DNA of 64,000 bases, from positions 33,544,001 through 33,608,000 of the forward strand of contig CM052816.1 in NCBI GenBank assembly GCA_028534125.1, in the 5' to 3' direction. A program made the translations under genes and the position numbers. The DNA comes from Lama glama. Lineage: Eukaryota. The notes below the pieces were generated by a model. It was not told the origin of the DNA and ran no database searches. It was given only the letters and a program-made list of their open reading frames with translations. Positions 36,560 through 48,949 of this stretch are shown here, one piece after another. The stretch's first letter is position 1, and every line of letters begins with the position of its first letter.

Positions 36560-38390
36560 CAGAAGCAATTCAAATAATTTTGACCCCCTAAAAAAATAAA
36601 GCATTTCACATAAACAAGTTCAAATGATAAAAATTAGGAAAGAATATTTACAACACAAAAGATGACAAGAACTAATACCACCAATATAATAAAGTCATAT
36701 AAATCAACCATCCAGTAGAAAAATTGGCAAAAAATATGAAGACAAATCATAGAAAGTAAAATTTAAACAACATGTGAAAAGCTGCTGAATCTTATTTATA
36801 ATAAGAGAAATACAGAATGAAACTAATGAGATTCCAGTTTTCAATCAGGTTAGAAAATACTTAAATATTTGAATGAAGTGAGGGAAAGTAAAAATATCCA
36901 TACATTGCCAGTAGGACTATAAATTGGCAAACTGGAAGTGTCTATCAAATTATTAAGTATACATACTTTATGTCCCAGCCAGTGCATCTTTGGGAATTTG
37001 TTCTACAAATATTTATTACTTATGTTCAAAGAATTATGTACTAAGATTTATATATTACTACATTACTTATAGTAACATAAAAGTAACAACCTCTTGAACT
37101 TTTTAAATGCACAACAATGATTCAATATTTCTATAAATTACAAATGATCACTATGATATGGCTAATTACATCTGCCACCATACAAAGATATTGCAATATA
37201 AATGACTATATTCCCATGCTTTACATTTCATCCCTGTGACTCACTTACTTTTGTAACTGGAAGTTTGTACCTCTTAATCTTCCTCATTTGTTTCACTCTT
37301 CCCCAACTCCCCTTCCCCTCTAGTAAACACCTATTCTCTGTGTATCTTTGAAGCTGTTCTATTGTACTTGTTTGTTTGTTTTGTTTTGAAGATTCCACAT
37401 ATAAGTGAAATCATATAGCATTTATCTTTCACATGGCATTTATCTTTCTCTGACTTATTTCACTTAGCAGAATACCCTCTAGATCCACCCATGTTGCTGC
37501 AAATGGTAAGATATCATTCTCTTTTGTTTTGACTGAGTAATATTCCATTGTGTGTGGAATCTTATTTATCCCTTCATCTGTTGATGAACACAAGTTATTT
37601 CTATACCTTAACTATTGTAAATAATGCTGTAATGAACGTAGCAATGCATATATCTTTTCAAATTACTGTTTTTGTTTTCTCTGGGAAAATATCCAGAAAT
37701 GGAGTTGCTGTATCATATGGTAGTTCTATTTTTAATTTTTTGAGGAACCTCCGTACTGCTTTCCACAGTGGCTGTACCAATTTACATTCCCACCAACCAT
37801 GTACTAGGGTTCCCTTTTCTCCATATCTTCACCAACACTTATTATTGTCTTTGTGATAACAGTAATTCTGACAGGTGTGAGTATACCTCATTATGGTTTT
37901 GATTTGTGTTTCCCTGATAATTAGTGATGTTGAGCATTTTTTAATGTGTCTTTTGGCCATCTGTATGTCTTCTTTGGGGAAATATCTATTCATGTCCTCT
38001 GCTGCATTGTTTATAGTAACACAAAGTGAAAAACACTTGAACTTTCCTCAGAAGGGTATATGTTAATGTTGCTACAGCCATACAACAGCAGTTATAGCTG
38101 TTAAACAGTGTTGAATATTCCTAAATATGGACTCTCCTCTACATTATTAAGTGAAAAGAAAGTTTAAAAAATATGTATGATATTTAAACATTTGAGAAAA
38201 ATTAAAAACTTAGTATCTGCATATATATGCTGGTATAGGATAGAACACATTTGGAATGATTCACAATAAATTGATTGTGCCCCAGTGTTTGCCTGTGGAG
38301 AGGAAAAAAGAGGTCAGTGATGGGCACAGACTTACTTTTACTGTATAACTTGTACTTAAATATTTTTTACTACATGTTAAGTATTACCCC
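36560..38390 (+). mobile_element. Ancient L1ME 3' region, interrupted by an antisense L1
   Basis: ccatacattgccagtaggactataaattggc, tttgggaatttgttctacaaat; resumes at 38005 (gcattgtttatagtaac). Confidence 0.6.
37103..38003 (-). mobile_element. Laurasiatherian-type L1 3' end (~900 bp)
   Basis: gattccacatataagtgaaatcata, gaggaacctccgtactgctttccacagtggctgtaccaatttacattcccaccaac; flanked by a long diverged direct repeat. Confidence 0.88.
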
Positions 38391-38505
38391 TTTAAAGGAG
38401 AGAGGGAGGGCAAAAAGGAGGAAAGAGAGGACAGACAGATGGAAGGAGTGTTTATTTTAGAGTTTTATCAGGAGTCAACATTAAGATTTTCTTATTTTCT
38501 GACAG

Positions 38506-38555
38506 CTGTAGTATTCACTCTTCTAGCATTGTTAACAGCATCATTTTTGGATTGA
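38506..38555 (+). CDS. Candidate terminal coding exon encoding a hydrophobic C-terminal tail
   Basis: Acceptor ttttcttattttctgacag|ct; phase-1 frame reads (A)VVFTLLALLTASFLD-TGA (38553-38555); followed by ~700 bp of unique AT-rich sequence with ATTAAA hexamers near 39044 and 39204. Confidence 0.45.
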
Positions 38556-40049
38556 GTAGTAAAATGAAAATATGATCAGCTCTTTTATTCTTTTAAGTTA
38601 AATGGGACTCCCCCCTGTGAGTCAGTAAATGTAAGCATAAATGTATATAAGAACGGTCCATTTATGATCAATTTGTTTCTCTTGTTTTCTGTGTTGAATG
38701 GAGACCAATGTAGAGTCCACTGCAATGAACAGATGTAGGACTTCTATATAGAAAGTTCATCAAGCCATTGTTTTTGAGGAAAGGAAAAGAATCATTTCGT
38801 GAACAATTTTTTGTCAGTAGAAAGTAATTCCTAGAATGGAATGTTTACATAATTTTTCTGGAAAAACAGGTAGTGAGAGTGTGGGGAATTTATTATAGTA
38901 GGCCACATATCAATGAGATTTATTTTCCTCCACATAAAATGACAGCAATTTTCTCTGTTGCCATGTTCTGGTTTTTTTTTTTTCTGGGTAAGATTTAATC
39001 TTATTTCAAACCTAAGCAAGTTGCTTATATTGAGAATAAGTAGATTAAAAGAGATAATGAGCACTGAATAGATAAACTTGTACCTCCTATAAGATCCAAA
39101 CAATTCTATCAGAGCACAGTATAGTCTGATGGAAGATCTCTATCAATGCAGCCTTAAAAAAAAGTTCCTTCTCTCAGTTGTGCCAATATTTTAAAATGTA
39201 CAAATTAAAATAATAATGATCTAATGAGAACCTGTGATGATTAGCATGTGCTAGAGATCTGACTATATAAAAATGAGTAAGTCATAAGGTAGTCTCTCAG
39301 GGATGTACAAATTAGTCAAAGCAATAGATAAGTAAAATAATAATTACAATACTAGGGAAAGGTTTCTAGCCAAAGAATGTGTTGGAACATGTGCATTCAT
39401 CCTCGTTCCCAGGTGAAACCCTAATAAAAATACAGTAAAGGATAAAAAAATTTTAATTGAAAAAATTTAAAGGTATAAACCTAAATGGGAAAGTAGAACA
39501 GAAAAAGAAATGATAGCAATATAAAGATGAAACCCAGATAGATGAGTAATGAATAACTCTGCAAGCCTAAAATATCATAAATTTAAGATCCAAAAGTTGC
39601 CATGTTGTTCAACAGTGTCAGAACCACAATGTTGAAAAGCTGACAAGACACAGGCAACTCATATTCCCCATTAGAGACACTTCTTCGACATTAAGTTTAA
39701 TTTTTTTAAGTGAGAGGTATTGACTCCATTCAAATATTCTAATGTTTACATATACATTTTCTGGATGGGTAGGTATATATTTATGTGCGAAGACTAGCAT
39801 AATAGTTGACAGCAAGAGCCATTTGCATGATTTCATTCCTAGGTTCATAATATCTTTGCCTACTACTAGAATCAGTGCATCTATTTTATAAACTGTATTT
39901 TAAATGAATCTTGCAAAACCCTAAAGATTCAAAAATACCTCATCTGCTCACAGCACTCAGAACCAATGGGGGAAACAGATCAAAATGCAACTGTGGAAAA
40001 TGAACTCACCAGTTTTACAGACAGCAGACATACTATCTACGGTTCATAT

Positions 40050-40510
40050 GAGTACAAAAATGTTCATGAACAAGCCCATGAGGTTTCTGGTTATGAAAAA
40101 TGATGGATCCCATTGGAATTAGCACAGGCCATGATAGGTGGACAGGAAACGGAACACAGAAGAAAAAAGTTTCTACATTCCAAGTTTCACTGTTCCTTGT
40201 CCACAGTCTATAGTGGTAAATAAGCAATCACAAAATTGTTCAAACAAGTTGCAGCCAATCAATCAACCACAACTCTGGTTCAGTGCCACTGAAATCCCCA
40301 AGCTCCATGCTAAATAGCATCTAATTCTTAAAATCTCTCACTTCTGAAAATACACCAATCCCTACCCCTCACATTGCCCCAAACACTGTAAAACTGGCTT
40401 TTTGTTTTGTTTAGAAAGACTGTGTCCTAAAAATGTATTTCTATCTTCCCTAAAAAGTAACAAATTTAATTTAGTTCAGATATATTAGGGGTGAGCTCTT
40501 CCTGTTGAAA
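40050..40510 (+). mobile_element. Possible ancient ERV1 LTR (MER110-like)
   Basis: CCAAT motifs (gcagccaatcaatc, acaccaatcc), TATA-like actgtaaaac, agactgtg, decayed poly(A) region taacaaatttaa; very diverged. Confidence 0.4.
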
Positions 40511-40559
40511 GAGCAGAGTACAAAGTCCAAAAACAGAGCAAAACTCACAAATATGTCAT

Positions 40560-41660
40560 AAAGATTGTATATCAAAAGCCAAAAACGTTAGACTTTTAAA
40601 TACAAGATGTTTGAGCAATTGGAAGTAATATAGAAAAATAAAATTAGATTTACCACCAATGAAACACCAGAGTAAATTCCAAATGAGTCAAATAAATAAA
40701 TATAAAACATAAAGATAAAAAGTACACAAAAGGATTCCTTTATAATCTTGGACTTGGAACAGCCTTTCTAAGACTCAACATTCAGAAGCTATAAAAGAAC
40801 AACTATATTAAAAAGAAACAACCTCCTGACTGGCAAACATAAAACATAACTAAAACTCAAAGGAAATGACACACTGGGAATAAATACTTGCAACTCATAT
40901 CACAAAAGCCAATCTCTCTGATTACAAATATCTCTCAAATATAAATAAGAAAAATTAAACAAATTTACAGAAAAATAAGTAAAAGGCAACAAAAAAGTTC
41001 ACAAAAATTAGAAATGATTATTATACATATGAAATTATTAAACTGACTCATAAATGGAGAAATGTACACAAAACTGCACTAAAATATCATTTTTCATATT
41101 GTCAAAAATCCAAATTTCACAACATATTCTAGTGACAAAGCCATGGGATAACTCATATTACTTAGGAGTAAGAAATTACACAAGCTATCTTAAATGAAAT
41201 CTGATAATATTTATCAAAATTACAAATGCATTTACCCTCTGACCTCTAATAGTCACATATCTGGGAATTTACCCTGCAGCTAAAGCAGTACATATACCAA
41301 ATAAAGTATGTATAGGGTTCTTAACTGGAACATTGTTGTAATAACAAAAGACAGGAAACAACTCAATTAATCAGGAGGAGACTGGTTAAATAAATTATGA
41401 TACATTTATAGAAATAAATGCTACTCAATACAATACCAATGTTCAGGTGAAAAGATCTCAAGACTATATTATTAGGTTTATAAAAAAAGCAAAATTCAGA
41501 GCACTCTACATATAGTGCTAATATTTGTATTTAAAAAGAATAAAAATTCATATTTATAAATTTGTTTTTGTTTACATTTTAAAAAGCACTGGAAAGATAA
41601 CACAAGAAACTAGTAAGATAAAGGAGAGGGGAAGGGTAAATGTGAGTGGGTGCTGGGAAG
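40560..41660 (+). mobile_element. Old L1MC/ME ORF2 end and 3'UTR
   Basis: aactcatatcacaaaagcc, atcaaaattacaaatgcatttaccctctgacc, ggagactggttaaataaattatgatacat; continues at 43509. Confidence 0.7.
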
Positions 41661-41675
41661 GGAGCAATAATTTTC

Positions 41676-43492
41676 TTTTTATTTCTTCTTTTTTTTTTAA
41701 TTGAAGTATAGTCAGTTTACAATGTTGTGTCAAATTCTGGTGTACAGCACAATGTTTCAGTCATACATGAATATACAGATATTTGTTTTCACATTCTTTT
41801 TCACCATAAGGTACTACAAGATATCAAATATAGCTCCCTGTGCTATACAGTATAAACTTGTTTATCTATTTTATATATATCAGTTAGTATCTGCAAATCT
41901 CGAACTCCTGATTTATCCCTTTCCACCCTCTTACCTCCTGGTAACCATAAGTTTGTTTTCTATGTCTGTGAGTCTGTTTCTATTTTATATATAAGTTCAT
42001 TTATCTTTTTTGTTTGTTTGTTTTAGATTCCACATATGAGTGATATCATATAGTGTTTTTATTTCTCTTTCTGGCTTAGTTCACTTAGAATGACATTCTC
42101 CAGGGACATCCATGTTGCTGCAAATAGCAGTATTTTATTATTTTTTATGGCTGAGTAGTATTCCATTGTATAAATACCACAACTTCTTTATTCAGTCATC
42201 TATTGATGGACATTTAGGTTGTTTCTATGTTTTGCTACTGTAAATAGTGCTGCATGAACACTGGGGTGCTGGTGTCTTTTCGAATTAGAGTTCCCTCTGG
42301 ATATATGCCCAGGAGTAGATCATATGGTAAATCTATTTTTAGTCTTTTGAGGAATCTCCATATTGTTTTCCATAATGGCTGCACCAAACTATATTCCTGC
42401 TAACAGTGTAGGAGGATTCCCTTTTATTCACACCCTTTAAGCATTTATCGTTTGTGGACTTGTGAATGATGGTCATTCTGACTGGTGTGAGGTGATCCCT
42501 CATTGTAGTTTTGATTTGCAGTTCTCTGATAATTAGTTATATTGAGCATTTTTTCATGTGCCTATTGGCCATTTGTGTATCTTCATTGAAGAGTTGCTTG
42601 TTTAGGTCTTCTGGCCATTATTGGATTGGGTTGTTTGTTTTTTTCTTATTAAGCCATATGAGCTGTTTATATATTCTGGAAATCAAGCCCTTGTCAGTCT
42701 CATCTTTTGTAAATATTTTCTCCCATTCCATAGGTTGCTGTTTTGTTTTTCTTATGGTTTCCTTTGCTATGCAAAAACTTAAGTTTAATTAGGTCCCATT
42801 TGTTTATTTTTGCTTGTATTTCTATTGCTTGGGTAGACTGCTCTAGGAGAATATTGCTAAGATGTATGTGAGGTAATGTTTTGCCTATGTTTTCTCATTG
42901 GAGATTTATCGTGTCTTGTCTTATGTTTAAGTCTTTAAGCCATTTTGAGTTTATTTTTGTGCATGGTGTGAGGGAATGTTCTAACTTCATTTATTTACAT
43001 GCAGCTGTCCAGTTTTCCCAACACCATTTGTTGAAGAGTCTTTATTCCATTGTATGTTCTTGCTTCCCTTATCAAAGATTAATTGAACAAACGTTTGTTC
43101 ATTTCTGGGCTCTCTATTCTGTTCCATTGACCCATATGTCTGTTTTTGTACCAATATCATGCTGTTTTGATTACTGTAGCTCTGCAGTATTGTCTGAAGT
43201 CTGGGAGGCTTACTCCTCCAGCTTCATTCTTTTTCTTCAGTAATGCTTTGGCAATTCTGGGTCTTTTGTGATTCCATATAAATTTTAATATGATTGTTCT
43301 AGTTCTGTGAAAATGTCCTGGGTAATTTGATAGGGATTGCATTAAATCTGTAGATTGCCTTGGGCAGTATGGCCATTTTCACAGTATTAATTCTTCCAAT
43401 CCAGGAGCATGGGATATCTTTCCATTTCTTTAAGTCTTCTTTAATTTCCTTAATCAATGTTTTGTAGTTCTCCATGTATAAGTCTTTCAACT
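41676..43492 (-). mobile_element. 5'-truncated young camelid-type L1 (1.8 kb)
   Basis: Minus ORF 43299-43490 [58 protein letters not shown] gggagcaataattttc (41660-41675) / gggaggaataattttc (43493-43508). Confidence 0.93.
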
Positions 43493-43716
43493 GGGAGGAA
43501 TAATTTTCAATGTATACCTTTTTGTATTGTTTTGATTTTGAACCATGTGGATATTAAAAAATTATTCAGTGTTTAAAAAACACAGAAAACTATGGGCTTG
43601 TACCTAATGATATTATTCTACCCCTTTTTACTGGTGCTCTAGACTACAACAGAAATGTACAATACATTCTTTGGGCTGTCAAACAATATGCATAATGCTT
43701 ACATATCAAAAGCTGG

Positions 43717-43768
43717 ATCTAATGACATACATCTAATGACATACATCTAATGACATACATCTAATGAC
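43717..43768. repeat. Perfect 14-bp minisatellite (atctaatgacatac) x3.7
   Basis: Three full units plus a 10-nt partial unit, no mismatches. Confidence 0.95.
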
Positions 43769-43961
43769 TCTGATCGAAAAGCCCCTATGATGCTAGGGCC
43801 TCATATCTGAAAAAATATTTGGAAGAACTGGAGGCTTTTACTGTAAAAACCTCACATGACTAATATTTTTCCTTTTCATATCAGTAAGACAGTATAGAGA
43901 TAACTGTTTTCTTTTAGCAACTGACACACTTGGACTAATGTTCTGTGTCAACAATGGCACT

Positions 43962-45205
43962 GAGAGAGAAGCAAGAAGGCAGAGTAGAAGGACGCTCATA
44001 GCTCACCCTCTCCCACAAATACACCAAAAATCTGGTAGGAGAAAAGGAAAAAAGAAAGAAGAAAAAACAAAACAGTGTGGGACCTGTCCCTCGGGGAGGG
44101 AGCAGCAAAGGAGTAATAGAGCTCATTTGGTGGGTCTTCCACTCTCCAATGGAGAGGTCAACGGGATGGAGGGGGAGCCTCCGGCTCGGATCTGTACAGA
44201 GCACCTCTTGACGGACAGAACTAAGTTAAAAGGGCCCAGAGGGTCCCTGTGACACCCAGTCCGAGACGCGAGCCAGCAGCTGGGGGCTGGGACAGGCTGC
44301 CCAAGCCAGGCGGAGGACTGGGGCAGCTGCACTGAGGCAGCCCTGGGGGACTGCAGGGTGCTCCGCGCTGTGGCTGGGAGGGGATACGGAACAGAACAAA
44401 CTCGGTCCCCCATAAAATGCAAAAAAACCAAAGCAACATGGCTGGTGTGCCCTGTGGGGAGGGGCGCCATAGCATTTGTCTCCTCAGATCCGCGGCGCCA
44501 TTACTGGCACTTCTGAGGCGAAGAGAGGTGCGGTGCAGCCACAGCCGCCATCTGCTCCTGTGCACAGCGCCTGGGTGGGGGCAGGCCAAGACCTGAATCC
44601 GCACCCAGGGGCTCCACAACCTCCTAGACAGGACTGAGACTTGTTTACAGCCCGAGGCAGATAGGATCTTTCTGCCCTGGCACCTCAGAGAACACGCACC
44701 ACCAAGACAAACAAGGAGCTGAGATTTGGCACAGAGCAGGGGCAGGGCTGTTCTGTGGTCTTCCCCAAGCCCGCCTACGGAGCACCAACCTGAGGCGGAG
44801 CGGACAGCTGCACAGAGCAGTGGAGCGGCTGGTGCCAGGAGAGGGCAGGCGGCCAACCACCTTCCTGGCAGGAACGCAGCACCTGACCACGGTGCTGGGA
44901 AGGTGCATAATCCGCCCACCTGCCTCGCCCTAGTGACTGCAGCATCTGGAGGGGGAGTGACCCACCTGCCCGCCCACTGGGTAAGAGCTCAGCATCTGAG
45001 CCAGTGTTGGGAGGGGGCGCAGCCTGCTAGCCAAAAGCCACTGGGAGCAGCACAGAGGGCGCCAACAGAGGGCCTCTGGAAACAGCAAGCTGAGTTCGTG
45101 AAACAGGGTGAAGACACAAAGACCTCTCAATAAAATCATTAAGAGCACACCGTCTCCACGAGAACTAGATAACTGATACTCCTTAAGCCACAGTGCCAGA
45201 GAGAT
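43962..45205 (+). promoter_or_regulatory. L1 5'UTR internal promoter region, GC- and CpG-rich
   Basis: The most GC/CpG-rich stretch of the window (ccgagacgcgagcc, ccgcggcgcc, gaggcggagcgg); L1 5'UTRs carry internal Pol II promoters. Activity not demonstrable from sequence. Confidence 0.6.
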
Positions 45206-46108
45206 ATGAGCAATATGAAGAAGCAGAGGAACCACTCCCATTTAACAAATCAAGAGAAAATCCCCTGAAAGCACAATCAAGTAAATAAACATTGATGGCC
45301 TACTAGATCAAGATTTCAAAAAAGGACTGATCGAAGTACTGAAGGAACTAAAAGAAATAGTGTTTAAAGATATAAAATATGTCAAAAATGAAATAGAAGC
45401 TATAAAGAAGAACCAAGTAGAATTAGTAAACTCATTTGCTGAGATAAGGGCTGACCTAAGGGCTGTGCAAAGCAGGCTAGATAATGCAGAGGAACGAATA
45501 AGTGACCTAGAAGACAGGACAACAGAAAGCACCCAATCAGAACAGCTGAGAGAAAAACAAATAAAAAATAATGAAAACAACATAAGGGACCTATGGGATA
45601 ATATAAAGCATGCCAATCTACGCATAATAGGGGTTCCAGAAGGGGAAGAAAGAACAAAGGGGATTGAAAAGGTATTTAAAGAAATCATGACTGAAAACTT
45701 CCAAAACCCAAAGAAGGAATCAGATATCCAAGTACAGGAGGCTCAGAGGGTCCCAAACAGGAAGAACCCAGCAGACCCACACCAAGACATACCATAATCA
45801 AGATGGCCAGAGTCAAGGATAAAGAAATGTTCCTAAAGGCAGCAAGAGAAAAACAAAGAGTGAGTTGCCAGGGAACCCCCATAAGGCTCTCAGCTGATTT
45901 CTCTACACAAACACTACAGGCAAGAAGGGAGTGGCAAGATATATTTAAAGTCCTGAATGAAAAAAAGATGCAGCCTAGGATACTCTATCCAGCAAGGCTA
46001 TCCTTTAGAATAGAAGGAGAGATAAAGAACTTCACAGACAAGCAAAAACTAAAAGAGTTTAGCAACACTAAACCCATGCTAAAAGAAATATTGACAGGTC
46101 TACTCTAA
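45206..46108 (+). pseudogene. L1 ORF1p (coiled coil, RRM, CTD), lightly disrupted
   Basis: MSNMKKQRNHS..; RLDNAEERISDLEDR; LWDNIKHANLRIIGVPEGEE; LKAAREK; PIRLSADFS; ARREW; RILYPARLSF. One +1 frameshift (~45258), one stop (45282-45284), one -1 frameshift (~45770). Confidence 0.93.
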
Positions 46109-46914
46109 ATAGAAAAGAAGCAGGATGCTACAAAAATGAGAAACTCGTAACTGGAAAGGTGATAACTATCAAGAAGCACAAATAGAATAAACACAAAATT
46201 GTAAAAGAAGACATCTAAATCATTAAGAGTGGGAGAGGGAGGCAAGGAAAGCCACTGTGGAAAACAGTATGGAGATTCCTCAGAAGAATAGGAATAGACT
46301 TACCATATGACCCAGGTATCCCGCTCCTTGGCATATATCCAGAAGGAACCCTACTTCAAAGTGACACCTGCACCCCAATGTTCATAGCAGCACTATTTAC
46401 AATATCCAAGACATGGAAACAGCCTAAATGTCCATCAACAGATGACTGGATAAAGAAGATGTGGTATATTTTTATGATGGAATACTATTCAGCAGTAAAA
46501 ACAACACAACACCGTCTGCAGCAACATGGATGTTCCTGGAGAATGTCATTCCACGTGAAGTAAGCCAGAAAGAGAAAGAAAAATACCATATGAGATCGCT
46601 CATATGTGGAATCTAAAAAAAAAGAACATAAATATAAAACAGAAAGACTCATAGACATACAATACAAACTTGTGGTTGCCAAGGGCATTGGGGGTGGGAA
46701 GGGACAGACTGGGATTTTAAAATGCAGAATAGATAAACAAGATTATACTGTATAGTACAGGGAAATATATACAAGATCTTATGGTAGCTCATAGCAGAAA
46801 AAAATGACAATGAATATATATATGTTCATGTATAACTGAAAAATTGTGCTCTATAGTAGAATTTGACACAACATTGTAAAATGACTATCACTCAATAAAA
46901 AAATGTAAAAAAAA

Positions 46915-47988
46915 CTAAAAAAAAAAGCTTTTGCACAACAAAGGAAGTCATAAACAAAATAAGGCAACCTGGATGGGAGAAAATATTTGTAAATGATATG
47001 TCCAATAAGGGGTTAATATTCAAAATATATAAAAACCTCATACAACGCATTATCAAAAAAGAAAAAACAACAACAACCCCATTAAAAAATGGGCAGAGGA
47101 CCTGAATAGGCATTTTTCCAAATAAGACATAAAGATGGCCAACAGTCACATGAAAGGATGCTCTACATCACTCATCATCAGAACAACACAAATCAAAACA
47201 ATATCACATCACATCTGTTAGAATGGCTATTATCAAAAATACAAGAAATAGCAAGTATTGCCAAAGATATGGAGAAAAGGGGATCCTAGTACATTGGTAG
47301 AAATGTAAATTGGTGTAGCCACTATGGAAAACAGTATGGAGGTTCCTGAAAAAACTAAAATATAACTACTATACAATTCAGCAATTCCACTTCTGGATAT
47401 TTATCCAAAGAAAAAGAAAACACAATTCAAAAAGATATATGTACTCCAATATTCAAGGCAGAATTATTTACAGTAGCCAAAGTATGAAAGCAACCTAAGT
47501 GTCCATCAACATATGGATAAAGAAGAAGTGGTACATATACATACATATACACACACAATGCAGCATTACTCAGCCATAAACAATAAAATTGTGCCATTTG
47601 CAACAAACTAAATGGACCTGGAGGGTATTATGCTTAGTGATATAAGTAAGATAGAGAAAGACAAATACTGTATCTTTTTACTTATATCTGGAATCTAAAA
47701 AATAAGACAGAGGAACAAATATAACAAAACAGCAACAGACTCAAAGATACAAAGAACAAACCAATGGATACTAGAGGAGAAGGGGTAAAGGGAGGGGCAA
47801 AACAGGGGAAGGGGATTAAGAGGTACAAATTATCAGGCAGAAAATAAACTACAAGGATGTAATGCATAGCACAGGGATTATAGTCAATATTTCATAATAA
47901 CTTTGTATAGAATATAACCTACAAAAATATCAAATTACTATACTGTACAATGAAACCAATATATTGTAAATCAATACACTTCAATAAA
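46915..47988 (+). mobile_element. Older 5'-truncated L1 (ORF2 C-terminus and 3'UTR)
   Basis: aaaagcttttgcacaacaaagg...ggtgtagccactatggaaaacagtatggagg...ggggattaagaggtacaaa...tcaatacacttcaataaa. Confidence 0.88.
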
Positions 47989-48949
47989 TTTGGGGGGGGG
48001 CGAAAATAAAGAGAGGGAGAAAAAGAAATCCCACTGGGGAAAAGGGACTAGCAATTACAAATACTCAAGCATCTGGGGAGATTCCTTTCTCATTCTTAAT
48101 ATTCACTTTTACACCTTAAAAAAAGAGTGGAATAAAGTCATTTTCAAACTTTCAAGGTCTTACATGTCTATTTCCATACTCACTTCTTCTTAGGAAGCGT
48201 CTAAAGGGGATGTTACATTAAAAGAAAATAACGCAGAAAACAGAGGATACATAAAATAGAGAATCCAATACAATGAGAGGCAAAGAGAATCCATAGAATG
48301 ATGGTGAACCTAGAATGTCAGCTCAGCTGCTGGCTTAGATATCATTTCAGACTTTGGCAAGAGCATAGTGGGCTCTAGGAGAGGAGATAAAATTTATAGA
48401 AATGTCTACTAAGTTTAAAATATTGACCAAAATTTTGTTGAGGTAGAGTGTACAGACTATTTAGCGATAGCCACACAGAAAACTAAGGAGACAAGAAAAT
48501 CAAACATTATCTCCTCCAAGGAAAACAAAAAGTTATACAAGGAAAGAAATATAATCATAGTATGCTATATAGTTGTGAGCCATATAATACCACTGCGTTA
48601 TATTTATATCAGAAGGATGTGGAAGATCTCTGTGTGTGTGTCTTTATTTGGTGTGCTATGGAGAGGTTAGAAAAAACATTAAATTTTTATTTTCCACAGA
48701 AAGAAGATAAAAAAATTAAGAAATAGCAGTATAAGCAGTAAAGTCTTGTCATTTGGAGACATGGAGTTAGAATTAAAAGAGGAAGCCATAAAAGTTGAAA
48801 GTAGTGAATTTAGACAGTAGGACATTATTTTTCATAATAAAGCTTGTAAAACTATTTAAATCATATGCATGTATAACCTAGATGAAATTAAAAAATTTTT
48901 AAATAAATAAAAAGGATTTGAGAAGTTCCACAAAAGAGAGATAAACACA

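Larger units (their letters stand above)
43962..46914 (+). mobile_element. Young L1 derivative: full 5'UTR + ORF1 + last ~100 codons of ORF2 + 3'UTR (half-L1-like)
   Basis: 5'UTR homologous to 30282-31350; ORF1 45206-46108; spacer joins at 46250/46251 directly to [10 protein letters not shown]..; tail ends actatcactcaataaaaaaatgtaaaaaaaa. Confidence 0.92.

Noticed and set aside
43717..43768. CRISPR-like array
   Set aside because: Head-to-tail repeats without spacers in eukaryotic DNA; no cas genes.
44221..44919. 232-aa antisense ORF and overlapping ORFs in the L1 5'UTR as an ORF0-like gene
   Set aside because: Long ORFs are expected in GC-rich DNA, no recognisable domain is present, and I could not see the frame preserved in the homologous 5'UTR at 30282-31350.
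30282..46914. A functional bipartite system in which the ORF1-only and RT-only L1s complement each other
   Set aside because: They are of different ages and subfamilies, both are disrupted, and neither supplies the endonuclease; proximity is plausibly chance in an L1-rich region.
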